Positions 9,693-18,786 of a DNA stretch of 64,000 bases are shown here, piece after piece. This DNA is from a candidate division FCPU426 bacterium. GTDB taxonomy: Bacteria > Oederibacteriota > Muellerivitia > Muellerivitales > Muellerivitaceae. The DNA lies in assembly GCA_963796105.1 (NCBI GenBank), contig CAWCKJ010000001.1, positions 1-64,000 of the forward strand, given 5' to 3'. Made by a program: the position numbers and the translations under genes. Under the pieces are notes generated by a model, which was given only the letters and a program-made list of their open reading frames with translations, did no database searches and was not told the origin of the DNA. Position 1 is the stretch's first letter. Each line of letters starts with the position of its first letter.

Positions 9693-10304
9693 ATGGTATT
9701 CCGGCAATTCATTGCGCGAGTTCTAAACAGCCTTCACATGCGGGTGAGGGTGAACATTTTCACACTATGGGTCCGGTTTAAACTGTGGTTTTGGGGTGCA
9801 AAGGTGGGACGGCGGCTCATCTGTCGGGGCAATGTAAGGCTCTACAACCGCGGAGCCATTGAAATAGGTGATGATGTCATTCTCTCATCGGGTTGGGTGG
9901 CCAATCCTGTTGGCGGCTCCCAATGCACAACATTCTATGTCCAAAAAGGCGCTACCTTACGAATTGGCAATGGGTGCGGTATTTCCAATACTGTTATCTG
10001 TTGTAGAACCGGGATTACCTTGGAAGATGAGGTGTATATTGGCGGCGGTTGTTCCATCTATGACAATGACTTCCATCCGCTTAACGCCGAGGACCGGTTG
10101 GCCAATCGGGGTAACATTTCAACCAAATCAATCACCATTCGCAACCGCGCCTGGGTTGGGGGGCACTGCATTATCCTTAAAGGGGTAATCATTGGTGAAG
10201 GTTCCGTTATTGGGGCGGGAAGTGTGGTGACGGGCAATATCCCGGCGGGGGTGATCGCTGGTGGGATTCCCGCAAAGGTTCTGAAGCGTCTGAAAAAAAG
10301 ATGA
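9693..10304 (+). CDS. hexapeptide-repeat sugar O-acyltransferase
   Basis: IYDNDFHP, AWVGGHCIILKGVIIGEGSVIGAGSVVT, GIPAK; ATG 9693 after AGGTGA. Confidence 0.9.
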   Translation: MVFRQFIARVLNSLHMRVRVNIFTLWVRFKLWFWGAKVGRRLICRGNVRLYNRGAIEIGDDVILSSGWVANPVGGSQCTTFYVQKGATLRIGNGCGISNTVICCRTGITLEDEVYIGGGCSIYDNDFHPLNAEDRLANRGNISTKSITIRNRAWVGGHCIILKGVIIGEGSVIGAGSVVTGNIPAGVIAGGIPAKVLKRLKKR

Positions 10305-11845
10305 ATTCCACCCATCGCGTTGTTATCAATACCTTAGCCACTTATACCCGATCTGTTCTTGGCGCCGGGTTGGCGCTTTTCAGCAGTCGGTGGGTGTTGA
10401 ATGCCCTGGGACAAACCGATTTTGGTTTATACAATGTGGTCGGGGCAGTTTTGTTTTTTGTGACGTTTTTCAGCGCTACATTGGCCGCTTCTTCGGTCCG
10501 CTATTTCGCTTATTCCATCGGGAAAGGCGACCCGGATGATACCAATAGATGGTTCAATGCAGCACAGCTATTACATGCATTGCTTGCAGTAGTGTTGATT
10601 ATGGGGGGATGGCCGATTGGCGAACATATCATCAGGCAAGTCCTCACGATACCACCTGATCGCATGGCGACCAGCATTTATATATTTCGATTATCTTTGT
10701 TATCGGCCTTTTTCATTATGTTTGCAATCCCAACGGTTGCCATGTTCACAGCAAAGCAACTGATATATGAGCAAGCTGTCATTGGGATTATATCGTCGAT
10801 GTTAACGTTCGCCTTTGCTTTTATATTGATCAGTGGTGTGCAGGGCGATCGATTGGTTTTTTATGCCAGGTATATGGTGGGTATTACCATCTTTATTCAA
10901 AGTTTATATATGTTCAGGGCTGTGAGAATCATGTCGGAATGTAGACCCGTGCTTCATCGTTTGTTTGATGTAACTCGATGGCGGATGATCATTAAGTTCT
11001 CTGCGTGGCATGCGATAAATGGAATTGGATATGGGGCAAGTAATCAGGGCATTTCAGTTTTACTGAATATATTTTTCGGACCAAAAGCAAATGCGGCCTA
11101 TGCTATTGCGAATCAAGTATCAGGCCAGGCAAACCAACTTTCAACGGCAATGGTAGGTGCGCTTTCTCCAGAGATCACATCTGTTGAAGGTGGTGGCAAC
11201 CGCGCGAGGATGTTGTTGTTGTCCAACCGCGCAAGCAAGTTCTCAACACTACTGGCTCTTTTGTTCGTTGTTCCTGTAATGATCGACATGGATTATTTAT
11301 TAATTCTGTGGTTAAAAACACCACCTGAATATGCCGCGTCATTCTGTCGCTTAATCCTTCTGGCATTTTTGTTGGACAAAATCACAATTGGCAATGAAAT
11401 GGCCGTTAATGCTGTCGGGGAAATTGGGGTTTTATTTGGTGTGACTGGATTATTAAGAATCATCACATTGCCCTTGGGATATTTATTCGTTTTAGGTGGT
11501 GGAAATGCCGTACATTGTGTCGAATCTATCGTAGTTATGAATATTGCAATAACAGTATTTCGCATTTTTTGGTTGAGCAGAATATTAAAAGTCAATTTTC
11601 GTGAATGGGTACGGGATGTGGCTATGAAATGTATCATCGCAACGATAGTGGCGATGACATTAGCTTCAGCGCCATTTATATTATTAGATCCTTCAATTGG
11701 CAGGCTCGCTTTAATTGTATTGATGGGCGCAGGTGGATTGTTGGTAATAAGTTGGAAATACTCATTGAGTGATAGCGAACGCAAATATATATATGAGAAT
11801 GTCCAAAAAGCGATTATGAAGTTAAAGATACGTCTGCATGTTTAA
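10301..11845 (+). CDS. wzx: Wzx-type polysaccharide flippase
   Basis: Multi-TM ~510 aa, N-terminal NTLATYTR...SRWVLNALGQTDFGLYNVVG, NAAYAIANQV; in glycosyltransferase cluster. Confidence 0.85.
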   Translation: MNSTHRVVINTLATYTRSVLGAGLALFSSRWVLNALGQTDFGLYNVVGAVLFFVTFFSATLAASSVRYFAYSIGKGDPDDTNRWFNAAQLLHALLAVVLIMGGWPIGEHIIRQVLTIPPDRMATSIYIFRLSLLSAFFIMFAIPTVAMFTAKQLIYEQAVIGIISSMLTFAFAFILISGVQGDRLVFYARYMVGITIFIQSLYMFRAVRIMSECRPVLHRLFDVTRWRMIIKFSAWHAINGIGYGASNQGISVLLNIFFGPKANAAYAIANQVSGQANQLSTAMVGALSPEITSVEGGGNRARMLLLSNRASKFSTLLALLFVVPVMIDMDYLLILWLKTPPEYAASFCRLILLAFLLDKITIGNEMAVNAVGEIGVLFGVTGLLRIITLPLGYLFVLGGGNAVHCVESIVVMNIAITVFRIFWLSRILKVNFREWVRDVAMKCIIATIVAMTLASAPFILLDPSIGRLALIVLMGAGGLLVISWKYSLSDSERKYIYENVQKAIMKLKIRLHV

Positions 11846-12770
11846 AACACCTGTTGCGATTTTTGGATTCAATCGACCCAGTTTAATTAATCAAGTGTTT
11901 GAACGTGTCCGCGAAGTGAAACCGCAACAACTGTTTCTCATCCTTGATGGCCCGCGCGTTAATACACCTGATGATTTAACAAAATGCAATATGGTAAAAG
12001 AGATTCTTTCGCGTGTTGATTGGCCTTGCGAGACATTACGCAATTACTCAAAAACCAATATGGGTTGCCGCCGACGAATAAGTTCTGGCATCTCATGGGT
12101 ATTTGAACATTCGGAAGAGGCTATCATATTGGAAGATGATTGCGTTCCAGACCTGACCTTCTTTAAGTTTTGTGCCGAATTATTGGCACGCTATCGTAAT
12201 GATTCTCGCGTTGGCATGATCGCTGGCCACATCGAACACTTTGACCCACCACGCGTAAACGGATGCAGCTATTACGTAGACCACTTTACCACAATTTGGG
12301 GTTGGGCGACCTGGCGTCGAGCTTGGGCAAAATACGATGCAGAGCTGACCAATTGGCCATTGGCAAAGGAACAAGACATTTTAATGCGTGTTTTAAAAAA
12401 ACAACGTTACGTGAAATCATGGACGCGAATGATTGATCGAGTTTGCGAAGGCAAGACTGACACCTGGGATACCGCATGGGCATTCACATTGTTTTATGAA
12501 AACTGGTTATGCGTCCATCCGAAACAAAATCTAGTCACCAACATTGGTTGCGGAAGTGATTCCACACATACCATAAACGTAACATCTCAATGGGCCAATC
12601 AACCTACAGTACCAATGGACTTCCCTCTGGTTCATCCCGCCCATTTAATTCCCGACCTTTGGTCGGAGAAACGTGTACAAGAAACCCTATACTCGCCTTC
12701 AATTACTAAAAGAATCATGTCTCGAGCGAAAAAGCTATTTAACCCCCCCAAAAAAAATCTCACGAATTAA
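11838..12770 (+). CDS. GT-A fold nucleotide-sugar transferase (HlpA-like/GT2-related)
   Basis: FNRP, DGPR, NMGC, IILEDD, WGWATWRRAW, NLVTNIG motifs. Confidence 0.85.
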   Translation: MFKTPVAIFGFNRPSLINQVFERVREVKPQQLFLILDGPRVNTPDDLTKCNMVKEILSRVDWPCETLRNYSKTNMGCRRRISSGISWVFEHSEEAIILEDDCVPDLTFFKFCAELLARYRNDSRVGMIAGHIEHFDPPRVNGCSYYVDHFTTIWGWATWRRAWAKYDAELTNWPLAKEQDILMRVLKKQRYVKSWTRMIDRVCEGKTDTWDTAWAFTLFYENWLCVHPKQNLVTNIGCGSDSTHTINVTSQWANQPTVPMDFPLVHPAHLIPDLWSEKRVQETLYSPSITKRIMSRAKKLFNPPKKNLTN

Positions 12771-12783
12771 GGCCCCATACAAA

Positions 12784-14064
12784 ATGCGAGTTCTTTGGTT
12801 CACCAATACTATCTTGCCCGCTGCCGCAAAAGAGATAGGTATACCAGAAGCTCCAAGTGGCGGTTGGATGGACGCATTGCTTAAGGCAATGCGGCAATAC
12901 ACTCCGGATGTTGAGTTTTTTGTTCTCGCCACGCATCGGATTCATCGAAGTGTCACTGTGGATGGCGTGACTTATGCGACCTTTGGTAATCCACGAAAAA
13001 TGGTTTTTTCAGATAACATACCTGCCGATTTGGAAAAGGAAGTCCAGCAACTGGTCAGTAAGTTCAACCCCGATGTCATCCACATTCATGGCACAGAATA
13101 TTTCTACGCCTGTCTAAGCCCCAAAGCTCTTTGCCATAAACCCGTGCTTGTTTCACTCCAAGGCATCATCAATGGCCTTCATCCGTACTATAACGGTAAT
13201 CTATCACCGCTTGAATTGGCTCCTTATCGCACATTGCGTAATCGCATATTCCAAGATGGTGTGTTCGAGAATCAGCGAAGATGGGCTTTAGAGCGATCAA
13301 CCATGGAACGAAAATCTCTGTCCTATCACCAGCACTACGCTGGTCGTACTGCTTGGGATAAGGCCTTGCTGTTAAAATTCAATCCAAAAGCTACTTATCA
13401 TCACCTGGATGAGATCATGCGGCCGGAGTTTTATACAAACCGGCACGATTTCGCCAAAATTCGACGGTATTCAATTTTCTGTTCTGCTGCCGCCTCTTAT
13501 CCACTTAAGGGTTTGCATTGGCTACTTCGGGCTGCTGCAATATTGAAACCACGCTACCCAGATATTCAAATCAGGATTGCCAACGCCCAAAAGACGTTAA
13601 TGCCGCCGCAGGGGCTGATAGCTTGGCTGAAGGATTGTGATTATCCGGCCTATCTACGGCATCTCATTCGGGAGCTTGACTTGCAAGAAAATGTGGTAGG
13701 TTTGCCAGCATTAACTACTAACGAGGTAGCGACTGAGCTTCAAAAAGCACATGTTTTCTGCTTGCCATCGCTTTGCGAAAATAGTCCTAATTCTCTCGCG
13801 GAGGCTATGCTTATCGGCACCCCAAGTGTGGCAGTGAAATCAGGTGGTGTTCCTTCCATATTGGAGCACGAAAAAGAAGGTTTACTTTGTCCGGCGGCTG
13901 ATCATAATGCCATCGCAGATTCAATTGGTCTATTATTCGCGAATAAAAAATTAGCCGAGAGATATGTTACTAATGCGCGGAAAACGGTTTTAGAACGGCA
14001 TAATTCAAAGCGAGTAGCAGATATGACATGGGGGATTTATGAAAAAATATGCGGCAATGAATAA
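12784..14064 (+). CDS. GT4 family glycosyltransferase
   Basis: MRVLWF start, DVIHIHGTE, KG, ENSPNSLAEA (EX7E). Confidence 0.88.
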   Translation: MRVLWFTNTILPAAAKEIGIPEAPSGGWMDALLKAMRQYTPDVEFFVLATHRIHRSVTVDGVTYATFGNPRKMVFSDNIPADLEKEVQQLVSKFNPDVIHIHGTEYFYACLSPKALCHKPVLVSLQGIINGLHPYYNGNLSPLELAPYRTLRNRIFQDGVFENQRRWALERSTMERKSLSYHQHYAGRTAWDKALLLKFNPKATYHHLDEIMRPEFYTNRHDFAKIRRYSIFCSAAASYPLKGLHWLLRAAAILKPRYPDIQIRIANAQKTLMPPQGLIAWLKDCDYPAYLRHLIRELDLQENVVGLPALTTNEVATELQKAHVFCLPSLCENSPNSLAEAMLIGTPSVAVKSGGVPSILEHEKEGLLCPAADHNAIADSIGLLFANKKLAERYVTNARKTVLERHNSKRVADMTWGIYEKICGNE

Positions 14065-14105
14065 AAGGTGGTGGATTATTAGTTTTTTCCTGATCACTAA
14101 CTGTT

Positions 14106-14774
14106 TTGGAGGCTTTGGTGATTTCTACGATTAAAAAAATTGTTAAAGCGAAAATCCCTTTTATATTGCCAATTATTAAAACCGGCATTTCGGTTATAAA
14201 ACAGCATATTTCCAAACGATATATTAAAAGACTTTTAAAAGAGCGAAAGGCAATATATCTAGAACTAGGGGCGGGAGATAAAAAAGGGGAGGGCGCATGG
14301 GTTACAATTGATATTACGAAGCAATGTGATATTTACTGGGACCTTGGAAAAGGGTTGCCTTTTCCAAATAAAAGTATAACAAAAATATACTCTTCACACT
14401 TTTTTGAACATCTTTCATTTAAAGAAGGCCAACAAATTCTTGATGAATGCATGCGAGTACTTATTCCAGGTGGCACGTTTTCAATATGTGTGCCAAACGC
14501 AAAATTATATATTGATGCATATATAAAATCAAAAACTTTAGATCGTAATCAGTATTTCAGCCACAAACCCGCATATAACAATACAACACAAATAGACTAT
14601 GTAAATTACACAGCTTTTATGGACGGTCATCATAAATATATGTTTGACAAGGAAAATCTTCTTAATGTTTTGAAGTCGAAAGGTTTTAAAAACGTGCACT
14701 TAAGAAAGTTTGACCCAAATCTTGATCTTAAAGTCAGGGACTTTGAATCTATTTATGCAGAAGCTGTTAAATAA
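14106..14774 (+). CDS. class I SAM-dependent methyltransferase
   Basis: LELGAG, IYSSHFFEHL, RVLIPGG...VP; exact start uncertain. Confidence 0.85.
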   Translation: MEALVISTIKKIVKAKIPFILPIIKTGISVIKQHISKRYIKRLLKERKAIYLELGAGDKKGEGAWVTIDITKQCDIYWDLGKGLPFPNKSITKIYSSHFFEHLSFKEGQQILDECMRVLIPGGTFSICVPNAKLYIDAYIKSKTLDRNQYFSHKPAYNNTTQIDYVNYTAFMDGHHKYMFDKENLLNVLKSKGFKNVHLRKFDPNLDLKVRDFESIYAEAVK

Positions 14775-14870
14775 AGTTAAACCAAGCTCTGTTAATAGCT
14801 GGTATTTTAAAGCGATTTAAAATGGCAACGTTAATGAACCGAATTGGATATCTTTTGATATTAAATGTTT

Positions 14871-15924
14871 CCTGAGTTCAATAAGTAAGTGCAACACTTA
14901 GTGCCTAAAGAAGGCCGCATGAATAGGATATGCGGCCATGAAAAAGAACTACAAGCATTTAAGCATTGAAGAAAGAGATCATATAGCCGTTTTAAAGGAG
15001 AAAGGTCTTAGCCTTCGGGACATCTCCTTTTTCTTGGGAAGAAATCCATCCACCATCTCCAGAGAACTCAAACGAAACGCGCCCCCCATCCATTCTAGAT
15101 ATTACCTTCCTCATCGAGCCCATCAACGCTATGTCTTGCGAAACCAAAAAAGGGCATGCCGTCCACCCTGAAAACAAAACAAATTCGAGCCTATGTGGGC
15201 CGTCAACTGAAACGAGGCTGGTCTCCCGAACTCATTTCGGGTCGTTTAGCTCGGTTGTTGCCGCAAGTGACTATTAGCCCCGAAGCAATCTACCAATGGG
15301 TGTACATTGAAGCCACTCATCTCATTGCCTGCCTGGTTCGACACCATCGCAGGAGATACTCTTTCGGTCATGGTCGAAAACACGCCAAAAAACATATTCC
15401 AGGCCGTGTTCCCATCAGTAAAAGACCCAAGATCATCAACCGGCGAAAGCAGTTTGGCCATTGGGAAACCGACACCATCGTCTCTCGCGAAAGTAAAGCT
15501 GTCGTTCGGACCCTCGTCGAACGCAAAAGTCGTTATTGCAAACTAAAAAAACTAAAACGAAAGACCGCTCCGCAGATGAGCCAAAGTCTCAACCGAACGT
15601 TAAGTCGTTATCCTAAAAAAGCCCGCCGAAGTTTGACCTACGACAATGGGAGCGAAAACGCCAACCATTTGGAAACCAACCGCGCGCTTGGTACTAAATC
15701 CTATTTCTGTGCGCCTTATCACAGCTGGGAAAAACCAACCATAGAAAACACCAATGGTCTTATCCGCCGTCATTTGCCAAAAAAGACCGACTTTGCTAAA
15801 GTGCCTCCAAAGAAATACAGAGACATCGAAAGATGGCTAAACGATAGGCCCAGAAAGTGTTTGGGCTTTCTAACTTCCGCGGAAGTCTTCAGGCGTTGTG
15901 TTGCACTTACTCCTTGAATTCACC
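14871..15924 (+). mobile_element. IS30-family insertion sequence, copy 1
   Basis: Imperfect terminal IRs (CCTGAGTTCAATAAGTAAGTGCAACAC / GTGTTGCACTTACTCCTTGAATTCACC); flanked by TTT on both sides. Confidence 0.9.
14938..15917 (+). pseudogene. IS30 transposase, frameshifted near 15168
   Basis: YKHLSIEER/STISRELKRN HTH in one frame; GHWETD, TYDNGSE, ENTNGLIR, RPRKCLG in another; 1-nt deletion relative to copy 2. Confidence 0.88.
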
Positions 15925-15972
15925 TTTATGAATTTATTTGGTATAGATTGATTTCCAAGGTGGAATTATTTT

Positions 15973-17292
15973 ATGAACGTTTTCGAACACAAAACTTCCG
16001 ACAGGGTTACTTTGATAGATATTTATCTATCAATTGGCATTTTTATCATTTTTGTTCCGTATGTTTATTACCGCGTTGGAGGAATACCGTCAATTATTAT
16101 CGCTTTAATATGGTTTGAAATGACAGGGAAAAAAAATTTCCATTTTATAACCCTTGATCGCTATGCCAAAAAAACTCTATTCTGGATCTTGATTTGGGTT
16201 TTGTATATTTCGTATCGCCAATTCACATGCGATGGTATTGAAACGGATGCTTTCGCACAGATGTCCATTCAGACTTTAATTTGGTCTTATCTTTTTTGGT
16301 TTATTGCACAATACTATATTGGTAACAATCAATTAAACCGATTTAAATTTATTACCCTCGTAGCACTATGTGGTTTTATGATCTCAGCCACCATACAATT
16401 TCAAGCTTTATTAATAAATCCATACTTCTCAAGATCGATTACCGGAATGGCGGGGGCAACTTCTTCTAACCGAGCGATAGCGGAGGAAGCATATAAACTA
16501 GGGGTTGGTGGTTTTGATATTTTGTATGCAATCATTCTATTGAGCGTACCGATAATTTTTACATTTCTAAAAAGCAAACCACCGATTCGATACTTATTCT
16601 TGGTTGCTGGATTACTGTTAATGGCGGCAGGATTTCAAGCAACCTACACAATAGGAACGCTAAGTATGATTTTAGCATTCCTAATCATTTTATTATTCCA
16701 CCAAAGAATAATGCGACCAGTTAATTTTCTAATTGCGTCAGTTCTTTTAATTCTTTTTTTTCAAGTTGAAATTAGAGATTCATTGGTGTCGCTTTTAAAT
16801 TATATATTGCAAATAGTAAGTCTAAATGCAGAGTACGCTGGAAAGATACAAGCCATACAAAACGGACTTACATATTTAAGTTTAAAAGAGGACACTATTC
16901 GCTTTGATCAGTACGGTGAGTCTATAGACGGATTTTTAAAAAATCCATTATTCGGAGATATATCTGGTTTATGTGGGGGTCATTCAGCAATATTAGATTC
17001 TTTAGCCCGCTTTGGTTTAATTGGGACTATCCCGTGGATAATGATTATTTTTTATTTCACCAAACAAACAAATCAATCGGTCTACAAAAACGATCTTAAT
17101 AAAATTATGTTAGGCAACATTTTCTTGATACCGTGGATTTTTACATTGTTTTTCAACCCAACCATTGGCAGAACGGTTTATGCTTCATTTTTTTTAATTA
17201 TTCCGGGATTAAGTTTGTTTATTAAGGAAAATATCGAAATTGTCCCGTTCGTAGTTGAAAAGAAGGTGGTGGCTCCTCTGCCCAGACTGTAA
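15973..17292 (+). CDS. Wzy/O-antigen-ligase-like multi-TM polymerase; last codons replaced by IS256 sequence
   Basis: ~10+ TM segments, periplasmic loop with R...NPLFG...GGHS..LD.LARFGLIG motif; AT-rich. Confidence 0.72.
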   Translation: MNVFEHKTSDRVTLIDIYLSIGIFIIFVPYVYYRVGGIPSIIIALIWFEMTGKKNFHFITLDRYAKKTLFWILIWVLYISYRQFTCDGIETDAFAQMSIQTLIWSYLFWFIAQYYIGNNQLNRFKFITLVALCGFMISATIQFQALLINPYFSRSITGMAGATSSNRAIAEEAYKLGVGGFDILYAIILLSVPIIFTFLKSKPPIRYLFLVAGLLLMAAGFQATYTIGTLSMILAFLIILLFHQRIMRPVNFLIASVLLILFFQVEIRDSLVSLLNYILQIVSLNAEYAGKIQAIQNGLTYLSLKEDTIRFDQYGESIDGFLKNPLFGDISGLCGGHSAILDSLARFGLIGTIPWIMIIFYFTKQTNQSVYKNDLNKIMLGNIFLIPWIFTLFFNPTIGRTVYASFFLIIPGLSLFIKENIEIVPFVVEKKVVAPLPRL

Positions 17293-18659
17293 AGTCTGGG
17301 TGACCATTTTTTTAAAAAAAGAGAGGAAACCACCATGAAAAAGTTACACCGTAGCGCCTCAAAAGGCGACAAGAATTTTGTTCAACTGCCGTTAAGCCGG
17401 GAAGAGCGAGTGGCGATGATCCAGGATGGGCTCAACAGCCTGGCTTGTCAGTTGGGGTTGTTGGCGGCCCAGGAATTGCTTCAAGCGGAAATCCAAGACT
17501 TGTGCGGGCCGATGCACTGGCGCCAGCCGGAGCGATCCGCAAGCCGTTGGGGAAGCCAGGGTGGGACGGTGGTGCTGGCCGGACGCAAGGTTCCTATCCA
17601 GAAGCCCCGTGCGCGGATGAAAGACGGCGGTGAAGTTCTCCTTCAGACCTACCAGAAGCTTCAAAACCCCCAAGCCATGCCGGAAAGCGCGCTTCGACAC
17701 ATGGTCCGGGGGGTGTCCTGCCGGGAGTACGAAGGCTGCCTGGAGCCCTTGGCGGAGGGGTTTGGGATGAAGCGCTCCAGCGTGAGCCGGGGCTTCGTGA
17801 AGGCCTCGGCGAAACAGATGAAAACCCTTACGGAAAGGCGTTTTGAGGGGCAGGAGTTCGTGGCGGTGTTCATCGATGGGGTGCCCTATGGGGGTGAGAT
17901 GCTGGTGGTGGCCCTGGGGGTGAAAGCCGGGAAAAACGCCGGGGAGAAGGTCATTTTGGGGCTGCGCCAGGGGGCCACGGAGAATGCCCAGGTCTGCACC
18001 GACCTTTTGACGGACTTGAGGGATCGGGGGTTGAGCTTCGAAACCCCCATGCTGTTCGTGCTGGATGGGTCCAAGGCTTTGGCGGCGGCGGTGAAGCGGC
18101 TGTGCGGATCGCAGGTTCGAATCCAGCGCTGCCAACAGCACAAGATCCGAAACGTGCTGGGCTACGTGGCCAAAAAGCACCACGACGACATCCGAAGCCG
18201 CATGGCGGAGGCTTACGCCTGCAAGGACTGGCGTGAAGGCGAGAAGCGCCTCAACACCCTGGCCGCCTGGCTCACGCGGATCAACAAAGACGCAGCCGCA
18301 AGCCTGAGAGAAGGCCTGGAAGAGACCCTGACGGTGGCCAAGCTGGGCCTACCGGCCCTGCTGGCGAAGAGTTTGGTGACGACCAACCCCATCGAGTCGG
18401 CGTTCAGCGTAGCCGGCAAGGTGACGGGGCGGGTGAAGCGGTGGCGGGGTGGGGACATGCGCCAGCGCTGGGCGACAGCGGGCCTGATGCGTGCGGAAGG
18501 AGCCTTCAAACGCCTCAGGGGATACAGGGAAATTCCAATTTTACAGGCGGCTTTGAGGAGGTGCACGGCGAACGACGTTGACGGAGAAACGGCTGCGGCC
18601 TAAGGTAATCAAACCAGGAGCCACCACTTCACTAATTCAACTGTCGGCGGGACAACTTC
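17236..18659 (+). mobile_element. IS256-family insertion sequence
   Basis: Imperfect IRs GAAATTGTCCCG.../...CGGGACAACTTC; 8-bp target duplication AAAATATC at 17228-17235 and 18660-18667. Confidence 0.93.
17335..18603 (+). CDS. IS256 (mutator-type) transposase
   Basis: VFIDG, VLDGSKAL, QRCQQHK.RN, TTNPIES motifs; intact frame. Confidence 0.93.
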   Translation: MKKLHRSASKGDKNFVQLPLSREERVAMIQDGLNSLACQLGLLAAQELLQAEIQDLCGPMHWRQPERSASRWGSQGGTVVLAGRKVPIQKPRARMKDGGEVLLQTYQKLQNPQAMPESALRHMVRGVSCREYEGCLEPLAEGFGMKRSSVSRGFVKASAKQMKTLTERRFEGQEFVAVFIDGVPYGGEMLVVALGVKAGKNAGEKVILGLRQGATENAQVCTDLLTDLRDRGLSFETPMLFVLDGSKALAAAVKRLCGSQVRIQRCQQHKIRNVLGYVAKKHHDDIRSRMAEAYACKDWREGEKRLNTLAAWLTRINKDAAASLREGLEETLTVAKLGLPALLAKSLVTTNPIESAFSVAGKVTGRVKRWRGGDMRQRWATAGLMRAEGAFKRLRGYREIPILQAALRRCTANDVDGETAAA

Positions 18660-18786
18660 AAAATATCAAAACACAAGCCAACCGGTAATTACAAATTAAA
18701 ACCTGAATTTTGTAACTAAGCACAATGTACATAGGAAAAGACTTAATAAATGGGTGAAAAAGCTATATTAAACAGGAGAATACTTG

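Noticed and set aside
15146..15152. A6G run as a programmed -1 frameshift in IS30 copy 1
   Set aside because: It is not in the A-AAA-AAG phase (codons CAA AAA AGG), and comparison with copy 2 shows a simple 1-nt deletion further on.
17392..18183. 263-aa minus-strand ORF
   Set aside because: Antisense shadow of the GC-rich IS256 transposase with no motifs; the same applies to 3637..4284 and most short overlapping ORFs in the track.
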